Positions 1 to 10,823 of a stretch of DNA of 64,000 bases are shown here, in pieces. The DNA is from Phallusia mammillata. Lineage: Eukaryota. The number at the start of each line of letters is the position of its first letter. Within the stretch, counting starts at the first letter, position 1. The DNA is taken from assembly GCA_965637545.1 (NCBI GenBank), contig OZ281495.1:22754001-22818000 (forward strand), given 5' to 3'. Both the position numbers and the translations under genes were made by a program. The notes beneath the pieces were generated by a model. That model was not told the DNA's origin and made no database searches. It was given only the letters and a program-made list of their open reading frames with translations.

Positions 1-41
1 TCTTTTTTCTTTCTCATCCTTTGCTGCAAGGCTTTCTTGGA

Positions 42-168
42 TAGGCCTGTCAATCAAAATTTCGGGCCTAAACGGGCTTTGCAAAAACGTTTAGGGTTGG
101 GCTTCGGGCTTATACTTTCGGGTTCGGGCCGGGTTCGGGCTCAGATTTCGTGCCCGCTAGCAACTCTG
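42..168. mobile_element. Short MITE-like remnant built from TTCGGG subterminal repeats
   Basis: Five TTCGGG copies (61, 103, 117, 123, 134) in a GC-rich island ending GCCCGCTAGCAACTCTG. The flanks share only a degenerate TTGGA (ttcttgga / gatttgga). Terminal inverted repeats are poorly matched. Confidence 0.45.
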
Positions 169-333
169 ATTTGGACCTATGACAAAAAGGTTTAAAAGAA
201 ATTTTGTTGATGTTATTCAAACTGGTCTTTTAATTACTTTCCCCTCTCCAAGTATTTAAATCAGAAATATTAGTGGACGCTTCAGGGCTGACTCCAGTAT
301 CATACTGGCAGTATGAATAAATTCATCATAGAC

Positions 334-549
334 CAGTGGTTCTCAAACTCGGTTTTCGGGGCCGCATGAGGCTCCCAACTACTTATTTTGCGGCTCGCAC
401 CAGACTTCAGAAAACCGACCAAGATTGCTATTTTAGCTTTTAAAGTCATAATCTTTAGTGATTTTCTCAAGGTTTCGTTTTTTGCGGCTCCCTAAACACT
501 TAGAAAAATACCTTTTGGCCCCGACAATAAAAAAGTTTGAGAATCACTG
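334..549. mobile_element. Non-autonomous hAT (Buster/Charlie-type) MITE
   Basis: TIRs CAGTGGTTCTCAAACT (334) and AGTTTGAGAATCACTG (ending 549). 8-bp TSD tcatagac / tcttagac (7/8), with the central TA typical of Buster targets. Confidence 0.88.
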
Positions 550-647
550 TCTTAGACGATAAGAAAGTTTCATAAATAATCACTCACTTATGAATAGTTT
601 CCTTTAAATCATTTTTTTGTAGGTGCACACATTTGTTTTATTTGCAG

Positions 648-839
648 AAATCACATGCCCGCAGCCCACACCTCCAGAAAATGGCAAAATCTTATTCGGC
701 AAGAGCTCATACAAACCTGGTGACAGTTTGATATTCAGATGCAATGATCTTTATTTTCATGATTCTGCAAAACATGGTTTCCCAAGGTACACATGTGGAA
801 ATAATGGAGAATGGCGTGGAAGCAAATTTATTTGTGAAG
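648..839 (+). CDS. Sushi/CCP (SCR) domain exon 1 of a gene that begins left of the window
   Basis: tttgcag acceptor and G|gtggat donor; 192 bp, phase 1-1. Encodes ITCPQPTPPENG...FRCND...YTCGNNGEWRGSKFICE, with the four Cys and the Trp of a CCP module. Confidence 0.9.
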
Positions 840-1588
840 GTGGATATTTTATATTTTGTATCAGATCCCCTAAGATTGCCTATTGGTAAAACAAATTGAC
901 AACAGCATAGGCGCCGAGTATAGGTGGTTGCGGGGTGTCGCCGCCACCTTGGGTTTTCAAGAACGGTGGCGGCCACCGTGAAAACTTTGGTTTGTTTATA
1001 GCGGTATCATACGAAACATCGCAAAATCTAAAGAAAAATTAGTAACATTTGCTTTCAAACAAACGTACTGACAGTGGAGCAACAAAACTCCAACAGGTTT
1101 TGGTTAGTGCTTTGTTTATGACATCTAACAACCAATTGTTTGCCAGTGAGTGTTTGGCCATTATTGTGTGCAATGCGATTGTGTTGTAACAAACAAATGG
1201 TTATTTCAGGTGATACAAAGAAACAACAATTTGACGAAACATTTTTTAAACGTCGCTAAACCAAAGATAAACAGCAACGTGTCAAAAATAAACAATGCCT
1301 CAAACATTTAGTTTTTTTCTAAATTTTGACGAATGTTCCATTCTATGGGAAGTTTGGCTTCTATTTGAGCCCTTTGTGTTTGCACGCATTTGTGACGTCA
1401 CATTATAGCTTTGTGACCTACAGTTTAGAAAAACTGGCTTTAAAATACACCTCACACAAGTTTGGGTATATCTGGATGGATTATTTGCAAGGGTTTATTT
1501 TGTAAACTGGATTAACCTATGTAGAAAAATACTTAATAGAACCTTTAAATCAAGTTTATTTAGTTGCACACATTTGTTTTATTTGCAG

Positions 1589-1780
1589 AAATCACATGCC
1601 CGCAGCTCACACCACCAGAAAACGGCAAAATCATATCCGACAAGAGCTCATACAAACCTGGTGGTAGTTTGATATTCAGATGCAATGATCATTATTTTCA
1701 TGATTCTGCAAAACATGGTTTCCCAATGTACACATGTGGAAATAATGGAGAATGGAGCGGAAGGAGGCTTGTTTGTGAAG
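1589..1780 (+). CDS. Sushi/CCP domain exon 2 (duplicate)
   Basis: Same splice sites and phase as the first copy. Encodes ITCPQLTPPENG...YTCGNNGEWSGRRLVCE. Confidence 0.9.
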
Positions 1781-2094
1781 GTGGATATTTTATAGTTTGT
1801 ATAAGACCCCCTAAGATTGCCCATTGGTAAAAATTTTTAAAATTTAAAAATTGACGACAGCTTTACAGTGCACCTTAGAAAAAAAAATTTGTTCCTAAAG
1901 ATTTGCCATGTACAAAGATGTATATTTTGCGGCTTACATATACGGGTACAACTTTTACTGCGTTTGTAAGGTTGGTATGTACGAGTCTGATAAAAATCTT
2001 CACTACATTATTAAACCTGACATTTAAAAGCTTTCTACACTCTGCAACTTTGGTCAATGTTGCACTCTATCAAGTTGTACATTTTTGTTTTAAG

Positions 2095-2234
2095 GTACCT
2101 GCAGGTTTGCATGCTCCGCATGGCCTATTGTAAAAGGATCGCCACCTTGTGGCTGTGAGTCATCCTGCAAAAAAAATGGAACCTGTTGTGCAGATTATAA
2201 TCTATACTTGCTAAACTGTTTGATGCGATTTTAG
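2095..2234 (+). CDS. Somatomedin-B (SMB) domain terminal exon
   Basis: ttttgttttaag acceptor, phase 1, compatible with the CCP exon. Translates GTCRFACSAWPIVKGSPPCGCESSCKKNGTCCADYNLYLLNCLMRF*, with SMB spacing C-x3-C...C-x-C-x3-C-x5-CC-x-DY. Confidence 0.8.
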
Positions 2235-2476
2235 GGTGGGTACCTTTAAAACTACAGTTAACCTTCTTTAGTTAAGTTGCAGCTTAGAATACAATAGTGT
2301 ACATTTAATACATTTAACATACTTCCATTAATGCTAAAATATCATTAGCTATGAAGTGACAGTTTGCAAACATGTACTTCAAACAGGTTAACGTAGCTTT
2401 AATTTAATAAATTTGTCGTTCAACTGGTGTAATGCTAAACAAAACACTAGTTGTTTTTTCAAGAACTTTGTATTTT

Positions 2477-2520
2477 TGCTGACGTTTCGCCCACCAGAAC
2501 GGTAGGGCTTAATCAGAGCA
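2477..2520 (-). ncRNA. Degenerate minimal type I hammerhead ribozyme motif (Penelope-like element/retrozyme type)
   Basis: The minus strand reads UGCU-CUGAUUA-A-GCCCUACC-GUUCU-GGUGGGC-GAAACGUC-AGCA. Stem I is UGCU/AGCA, stem II is GCCC(U)ACC/GGUGGGC, then the GAAA core and a GUC cleavage triplet. The core has G8 changed to U. Confidence 0.65.
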
Positions 2521-3255
2521 ATGAAAGATATATTGCGAGCACACCAGGAAAAATGTACAAGAGCTTGCTGAAAAGTACCTTTAATTTAAAAAGCTGAGTG
2601 GCACAATAACAATTTAAGCCAATCTACCAAGCATTCCCACATGGCAAGACATAGGCTTAATAAATCATGATAAAACCACGACGGGAATCTTTTTGGGCCT
2701 GATGCTCTTACAACTGACCTAAACAAACTTGGTCGTCAGCCCGCCGAAAGTCCAATCACAGGCACCTTTGGTATGCCATGTTGGTTAATTGTTTATGTAT
2801 AGACGTCGTTTTATAACAATTTACGATAAAAATATCCATGATTTTCTCTTTATTTGCAGTGTACCTAAATCCAATTCCAACGTTCCCTGGAACAACGTTT
2901 TCATTGCCCCACCAAACCAAAGTTTTCCCATCCATTTCCAACGAGATCTTTTCCCTTTCCATCTTTCACGCCTCCGGTATATAATATTTCTGCAAAATTG
3001 TGACTTTTATGTACAAATACAATATACAACCATAACAAAAATATGCAACCATGGTTGTTTCTGTTTTGCTTGAAACTTTGGTATTTGTGGTTTTGTGCTC
3101 TTCTGTGAACAACATAAAAAACGTCTGCTGTGGTTAAGCAGTTTGTTCGTGTCTACAACCACTTTGTTTAAACCTAGTTAACCCATATTGGTTGAACTCC
3201 ATTAAAGTCACCGGCGATATATAAACAAACAATAAAATAACCCCACTATTCAGAG

Positions 3256-3821
3256 CAGGGGTGGGGAACCTTTTTGTTTGTGAAGGCCGCCAAATGGTTT
3301 ATCGACACTCGTTTAGGCCGCACAGACTATTTGCCACGCCAAGGACAGTGATGTTCAAACTTTTTGACTTACAGGCTGGCCGATGTGCTATTGAACTTAC
3401 GGTCAAAGCTTAATAAAATTCCTCACTACAAAATCGGAAGTGTGTTAATGTAGAAACTCGCTTGTTTACCAATATTAATCTAAGAGTAGCTTGTGACATC
3501 ACAGACGAGTTTAAGACATTCGATTATGCGCAAACAATTGTTCTTTTGCAACACAAGTAAGATTGTAGAACCTGGGTCTCTTGGCAGTCCTACAGAAACC
3601 GCTTTGTGTACCAGTACGCAACCACTTGGCTCTAGTTTGAAAACAGCTGCCCTAGAACCAATCAAATAGTAATGTGGAATAAAGGTAAACAAATACGTTT
3701 CTGTCTAGTTTTTAGTGCCTGGTGCAGTGTGTATTATCGACACCCTAAAAGGTATTCTGGCATCGAAGGCCGCACTTAGTGCCCTTAAAGGCCGCTTTAG
3801 GCCGCAGGTTTCCCGCCCTTG
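3256..3821. mobile_element. hAT-type MITE, copy 1 (566 bp)
   Basis: Ends are CAGGGGTGGGGAACCT and AGGTTTCCCGCCCTTG. It aligns in reverse complement with 5282-5643 plus 7981-8247. The TSD is not preserved. Confidence 0.8.
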
Positions 3822-4831
3822 GTCTGGTTATTCCGACCAAATAAGGTTCTGACTATAATTTTTTTACAGTAAAACCAAGAGATGAATGCTTAGCAATAAT
3901 CAACGGATTGACAAGACTCAAACATGGTTTCCGTTTTGACATTGCAAATAAGATATTTCGGAACACTACCGTGTTCAAATCGATCATATTTCTCGTGATT
4001 GTGCGTCAAGCTTATGCAACCTGTATTGTATTGTGAACTACATTTGATTTAGCGCAAACTCAACTAGATTTTTCAACAGACAACTTATTTTAGAAATTTT
4101 AAGCTCCGGGACCAAAGGGGCAACTACCGAATACGCGGAGAACTAGTTTGCAGACGATATCTCAATGCTTATATTGGGGTTAGAGATGTTGGGATCAGAC
4201 TGTGTTAACCAAAGTAGGCCTAAAGGTTTTTAAGTAGATTTAATTTTGTATGATATGTATACGTCAAGACATGTAACGTAATTTTAAGAACCCCGCTCCA
4301 GCTCTTCACATGCTGGCATTGTTTTTTAGTAATTTGCGATATGCGAAACGAAAGGGATTTCATGTGGATTTCCTACTGACAAATTAGCCCATTTTTGCAA
4401 ACGTAAAGGCACAAATGCGAAAGAAACTGATTTGATTCTGCAACATAGGACTTTCTTAAAAAGCGCAATGCGACGTCACCAACGTGATCGGTGATGTGGC
4501 ATCGGCAATATATCCAATGAGCAGATTAAACATGTCAATTTTGTAAAATAAATAATAACAATTTTGCAGTTTTATGCAAGTTTTAAGGACATGTATTTAA
4601 AGTAGTTGAAATGATTAGATTAAAAAATAGTTGGTGCATAATAATAGCGCCAATAAGTAATACCAATAACACGTTATTACTAGTATTTTAAAACTATACT
4701 TTTCGGGACAATTCATTTCGCTCATTGAGTAATTTTAACATCGCAGACTTTGAAGTGATGTGTTGGAACTTTAAACTGTAGTGCCGGTATATTTGTTAAC
4801 TCTTGTCTGTGTAGAAATTAAAACGATACAG

Positions 4832-7800
4832 ATGTCACTAAAATTAATTACAATTTTCCTGATTGCTTGTGCCGGACTGGTACATGCTGAAGATGGCGAT
4901 GCGAAACTTATTTTGATTAAGAATGTTTTAAATTCAATTATTACGGAGGGAAATGATTTGATGGTTCAATACACTCTTTATAACATTGGAGATGGGTGAG
5001 TTTTGATGCTGATGCTTCATTATGATAAAAACTGACTTAACAATTTTCTTTGCTTTGATAATCAACTCATTAAATAGTTATCAATAATCAAAATGTATCA
5101 GCTGAAGAGAGGGCCAATACCTTTTTCAGAATAGTCAATATAAGCCATGGTACTTTTTTGCAAGACATGTATTTGTTGATTACATGTCTTACATAACATC
5201 GTTATACTTGTTTTGCAATTTTGAAAGTTTGTAACTTTAAACTTAATCCATTAGTTGTTGTAATTGGTCAGTTATGTTGATCTGGGGTTGGAAACCTGTG
5301 GCCTAAAGGCAACGTGCAGCCTTTTAAGGCACTACATGTGGCCTTCAAAGCTAAAATACATTTTTAGGATCTTGATATTCCATGCTGGACCAGTCGAAGA
5401 AAAATAAATGAAAATGTATTTTGGGGGGATTTTTTATTTTCTTCCGTTACTATTTGATAAGTTCTTGGGGCAGTTGTGTTTACACTAGACCCAATGGACC
5501 TATAGTGGTTCACAAAGGGATTTCTGTGGGACTACCAAGAGCTTGTGGCTTTACAATCTTATGTGTGCAACAAAGAAAACAATTGTTTTTTACATAATCT
5601 AATGTGTAAGACTTGTATGTGATGTTACAAGCTGCCCTTAGATCAGTGGTCTTCAACCTTTTTTATAGGCGACCCCAATTTAGGGGAAAATTAATTCAGA
5701 ATTTACATGCGACCCCATTTTTTTCGGCACGTTTTAAGTAAAGCTAAAATGAAAGAACAAGTACACAAACTATACATATTTACAAACAAATATGACGATA
5801 CAAAAGTATTCCGAAAAACGTTTTCAAGGAGTTTCATTTAAGACATAAACCCAATTTTAGGAACACAAACTTGTCAAATTGTTCAACATTTAGTTTGCAC
5901 TGTTAGTGAGATGGTTGTGCCTGTATACTGTCCACAAGTTTTTGAAGCCGCGGCTTGACTTTGCACAAGCTTAACCGCATGTCATGCTCCACTTCCAATC
6001 GATTACGATGTTTCGTTTTTAGTACACTCATTGCACTAAATCCTGCTTCACACAGCCACGTGGTTGAAGACGGGATTAGAAGTTGAACAACAAAATTTGA
6101 CATAGTCGGGTACGTTGAGTGCATCGACACCCAAAAGTAAATATTTGCGGAGACCTTTGGGTATTTTGCTTTAAAGACGTCAAAAGAAATGCGGTTTGCT
6201 GCATCTGCTGTCATTTCTGTAAATTCTTCCGCAACACGGAGAGGCAGTTTAGGTAAATCTACGATAGAGAAAGGATTTATTACCCAGTCATGTTCTTTGG
6301 ACGGCGTCAGAATGTTGCCGTAGTAGTGCTCAAACTTTTTGCAAAGCTGCTGAAGGTGTCCAAGTATGGTATCTTGGATAGCCACATCTCTGTCGACAAT
6401 GTATTGCTGTAGTTCAGCGAATCAAATATGTCGGCTAAGTAAGCCACGTTTGCAATGAACTTTTCCTGACCAAACTTTTCAGCCAAAGCCAAATGCTCCT
6501 GTTTTTGGAGAAAAATAACAATTTCTTTTCGCAGTTCATAAACTCGCTTGAGTACTCGACCACGTGACAACCAACGCACTTCTGTGTGCAATAGTAAACC
6601 CGTGTGATCAGCACCCATTTCATCACACAAACAAGTAAATAAACGCTGGTTGAGTGGCCTCGCTTTAATGTAATTGACACATTTTGTCACGGAATTCAAA
6701 GTATCATGCAGTTCCTCTGATAAATTTTTGGCGGCAAGTGCCTGTCTGTGCAAAAAACAATGCGTCCATTTTGCGAATGGTGCTTTGTCCTGTACCCTTT
6801 TTACAACCCCCGAATTGATGCCAGTACATGCTGCCGCACCATCGGTACATATTCCAGCACATTTTTCCCAGGGTATACAACGATCGTGAAAGAAATCGTC
6901 AAGACTTTTGAATATATCTTCACCTCTAGTATGCAACTGCAGTGATTTGCAAAACAAAAGCTCTTCTAATACTTCTCCACCGTTGATATATCGAATAAAT
7001 ACAGAAAGCTGAGGCAGACCGGCAACATCAGTAGACTCGTCTAATTGAACTGCATACCATGAAGAACCATTTACTTGAGTTACAATTTGGTCCAGAACGT
7101 CATTGGACATGTCTTCAATCCTACGTTTTACTGTTGCAGCTGATAGTGACATTGAATCTAACTTTTTGCTCTCCTTTTCTCCAATAATAACTTTCACAAC
7201 TTCCTTCATTGCCGGCATTAGCAATTTTTCTCCAATTGTATGGGCTTTCTTTTGCTTTGCAATGTGATAAGAGGCGACATACGAACAATAAACAGCAGCT
7301 TTGTTTACTGCAGTAAATGCTTTCATCACGCCTGCTTGTGATGCAAGGGATTGCAATTTACGTTCAAAAAACTCGGTTGGTTTGTTCACGCAGTCTGGAT
7401 GGTTTTTTTCTAAATGACGTGTAAGTTTATTTTTCTTCATCGATTCTTCTGCCAGAACTTTATGGCAGATTACACACTTTGGTTTGCCATGAAATTCAGT
7501 ATAACCAAGGTTTAAAAAGGCCTCGTCATATGATCTTTTTCTGGTATTTTTTGCTGCCATGCTAGTATAATGCTAAGCTTTACTTACAGACTACAAATTA
7601 CTGTTACTCTGCTACAAAGCTAACTGTAAACAGCGAAAAATATCTGCACACTACAACTGCATAAATAACTATTCACTTGTTCTGGTGTCACCTTAGATAA
7701 TACAAAGTAATAGTGTTGAGTCATAATACACGTTGTTCAAACCCATTGTTACGCGATAAAGCCATTTTGCGTTTTTCTACTACCACGATTTAACTGTAAC

Positions 7801-9237
7801 AGGAGGTAGCAAGCTGTACTACAAAACAAGAGCAAAAGTTCTAAAACTAGCATAATATTAGTTTGATTCTCTGTGATTAATTTTAAAATGAAATAAATTA
7901 AATTCGGTGACTTATCGCGACCCCAGAAAAAGTTTAGGCGACCCCACTTGGGGTCGCGACCCATAGGTTGACGACCACTGCCTTAGATCATTGATTTTCA
8001 TCTTCAAGTGAAATAAATCCTGAATGTTGTAAGTGAAGGCGGAAATGTAGTGGGAAGTTTATTTACCTTTATCAGCTCGGACCATAAGTACCACAACTCT
8101 GCCAGAGACTATTACACAACAACCATTCCATACCTCAAAAAGTTTGAACACCACTGTCCTCGGCCTGGAAGATAGTCTATGCGGCCTACACAAGTGTCGA
8201 TAAAACATTGAGTGGCCTTTATGAACAAAAACAGTTTTCCACCCCTGATCTTGATTCTCTTCTGTGATTGGCACAAGTTACGATAGTGGTTCCATATAAT
8301 TGTGGATCAAACTTTCATTAAAACAGTTTCTATGTTTGTTCTAAGATGTTACTGGCATACTTCTAACAAAGATTTCTGTCTGCTTTTATATACATCTTCA
8401 CTAGGATCCCTTATTCTAGTGCCAAATGCAGTGTAAACAATCTGCAATGGTTCCTAGCGCTGTGCAAAAAGTACTTAAGTTTTCTTTTTCTAGTGCTGCC
8501 ACTGATGTTAATCTTGCTGATTCTTCATTCCATGAGAGTGACTTTGAACTTGTGTCAGGAATGACCAGTGTCAAATGGGAGAGAATTCTAGCGGGAACAA
8601 ATGTTTCACATGTGGTCATTGTACGACCACTTAAATCTGGTGCATTTAATTTCACTTCAGCGGTTGTCCAGTATGTGGCTTCAGAAGGATCAGATACCAC
8701 TGTGAGTTATTTGTCAATTTGGTTTGTCATTTTTTACTTGTCGTCAACTATGATATGTCTATAATTTGATAGGTAATTTTCTTCTCCAACTATGGTTTTA
8801 TTTCAAAACAAGTTATCAGGTTAAGTTGTTTAAATGCTAACCACTAGTTAGATTTGCAGGGTAAGAATAAATGTTAAAACCACATTTAAAATCAGTTTTG
8901 AATTTTTATGCATATTTCAGTTTGGTATGAGCAATGATCTTGGAGAACTGGATATTTTATCACTGAAAGAGTTCAAAAGGATTCATGCATCACATTTGGT
9001 AAAATAATATTTTATATTTATTACAGTAAGTTTGGTATTTACCAGTTAATAGGTTATATTGCAGGTTTTATCATTGTAAAAAACTAAATGTGTATTATCT
9101 ATTAAAAAAAGCGTTCTAATAATTTTCAGATTGAATGGGGCTTGTTTGGTGTCTGGTGCATTCCATCAATTGTTTTACCCTACATGTTGTACTACAAGAG
9201 CAAGAGCAAATACAGTCTGAAGGCAAAAAAGAACTGA
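4832..9237 (+). CDS. SSR2: Translocon-associated protein subunit beta (TRAP-beta), 185 aa
   Basis: Exons 4832-4995, 8494-8701, 8921-8998, 9130-9237, all GT-AG with consistent phases. Signal peptide MSLKLITIFLIACAGLVHA; VSGMTSVKWERI, NVSH..VRPLKSGAFNFTSA; C-terminal TM segment and KKN end. Collinear with recalled vertebrate SSR2. Confidence 0.95.
5644..7980 (-). mobile_element. Buster-family hAT DNA transposon (2337 bp)
   Basis: TIRs CAGTGGTCTTCAACCT / AGGTTGACGACCACTG (15/16). Perfect 8-bp TSD ccttagat at 5636-5643 and 7981-7988. Subterminal GCGACCCC/GGGTCGC motifs. Carries a transposase. Confidence 0.96.
5903..7560 (-). pseudogene. Buster/ZBED5-like hAT transposase, frameshifted by an internal deletion near 6412/6413
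   Basis: BED finger (CVICHKVL...HLEKNH), QLDESTD, CTDGA, HCFLH and EVRWLSRG lie in ORF 6307-7560. TTWLCEAGFS (catalytic Glu) and the dimerisation tail lie in ORF 5903-6385. The frame changes at ...SLN | LQQYIVDRDV. Confidence 0.92.
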
Positions 9238-9672
9238 AGCAACTTTATATATGGTTCACTGCATTTTTGCACTATTGCAAAGTTTTTTTCTATTTTTCGT
9301 TTCAATTGGGTCATGAAAAACCTGCGAAGCTCAAAATTATGTGAAGTAACTGTTTCAAAATTTGTGCAATGAACAACTAGACTCCTTTTGAGTTTTTTGA
9401 CAAGTTGGTAGAAGTTTGTATTCGTTGAATGAAGCTTTTCTTCTCTTGTTGCATTGGTATAAAAATATGGTGACTGTAGAAGTGTGTTTTAGATGTGTTC
9501 AAGTCTGTCAGAAATGTGAAAAGGTTGTTTTTTGTGTAACAACTTACGGTCTAGTGGCAAAATGTGGTTTAGGCTTAGTGTCACTGACCTTTTTAATGGA
9601 TCTTTTGTATTTCACCAATGCCATAGCAACATCCCTTAAAACAGTTTTTTGAAACTTGAGAATCCTTGAAAC

Positions 9673-9790
9673 TAGTGATGTACCGAAAATTCGGTTTGCA
9701 GAACTTTTGGGGCGAATCAACTATTTTTACGAAAATTTGTTTTTGGTCGAGAAATTTGTTGAAACAGAATGTTTTTTTCGCCAATGTACG
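9673..9790. mobile_element. Truncated MITE of the TAGTGATGTACCGAA family
   Basis: Starts TAGTGATGTACCGAAAATTCGGTTTGC, matching the TIR of the elements at 59899 and 60524. No right TIR was found, so the end coordinate is approximate. Confidence 0.6.
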
Positions 9791-10823
9791 ATACGACACA
9801 AATCTTTAAACTGCGCATAAACCTAAATCACACCAAATAATTTAATTTTCAAAGCATTGTTGTTTAGTTTACTCCCAGCAAAAGTAAGTGATTCATTTCC
9901 AGGTTGGCACGGACGACTTAATGAATCATAAAAACACACAGAACTAAGATCATATTGCAACACACCTATTCTAATGTGGTAGCAATACTGTTTGTCTGAC
10001 AGTTAAACTGATGTTTTTATGATAAAAGCGCAGCGAGCGGCTTGAAAAATGATTTGGTTGAATTAATTGGGCAAAACTGCTAAATATTTCAAGTCCGAAC
10101 CCAAATAGCCCATTCTATGCATCATTACAGGTACCTCTTTGGGGTCCCAAAGCAAGGTTGCAGGGTGCTATGTCTCTCTGATTTTTATCCTTCTCTTTCT
10201 GTTTACGTAAAAAAGCTAAAACTCCTCTGTTTGTTGACATGTTTCATACAATCTGTAGTTTGTAAGTCGCCAATGTTTTTTATTTGGCTGGATAACGTAA
10301 TATTCTCACAGACAAAAAACAAAACGTGCATTAAAAGAATACGGTGAAGAAAAACACAGATCGCAAACTGACCAAAGAAAAAAAACAGGAGATCACTCGG
10401 ACAAGGGCGAAAAAGAACCATTTCAGTAGTAGAATTGAAACAAAAAATCGGTTTGCAACGGCTCGGGCAAAAAGTTAAATCGCAATTCCACAGCAAAACA
10501 TGATTGTGAGTTAAAACTGGTTAACGACAAAATACTGTGATTCCACGTCGCTTTGAAAACACTGAAGGAAAAACATCCACATTTATGTTTAAGTTGTTTA
10601 AGTACCCATTAGGGTCGGTCGCCACACCAATATCTTTCCCGTATTGCCCCCGCTCTAATAAATACTGAAACGAATTGTGAACAGGGGGTCTGGGTTTCCC
10701 ACAAGGATGTTCCCAAAATAAAACCGACTATGGTTTACAGTTTGGACTTTAGCCCTTTGCAGTGTTCTTCCACATTTCGCCCGGGTCCGTCGTCGAGTCA
10801 CGTGACAGTCCTAAATGGTGACG

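Larger units (their letters stand above)
592..1861 (+). repeat. Tandem duplication of an exon plus flanking intron (units ~592-905 and ~1536-1861)
   Basis: The two 192-bp exons differ at 17 positions by hand alignment. Flanking intron sequence is also shared (cacacatttgttttatttgcag; gtggatattttata...ccctaagattgcc.attggtaaaa). Confidence 0.93.
5282..8247. mobile_element. hAT-type MITE, copy 2 (inverted relative to copy 1), interrupted by the Buster element
   Basis: Ends are CTGGGGTTGGAAACCT and AGTTTTCCACCCCTG. 8-bp TSD atgttgat / atcttgat (7/8). Length is 621 bp once the nested element and one TSD copy are removed. Confidence 0.85.

Noticed and set aside
2640-3073. Exon-like, purine-skewed segments and ORFs 2756-2962 (-) and 2789-3073 (+)
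   Set aside because: Splice-like signals exist on both strands, but no frame gave a recognisable domain or a consistent gene model.
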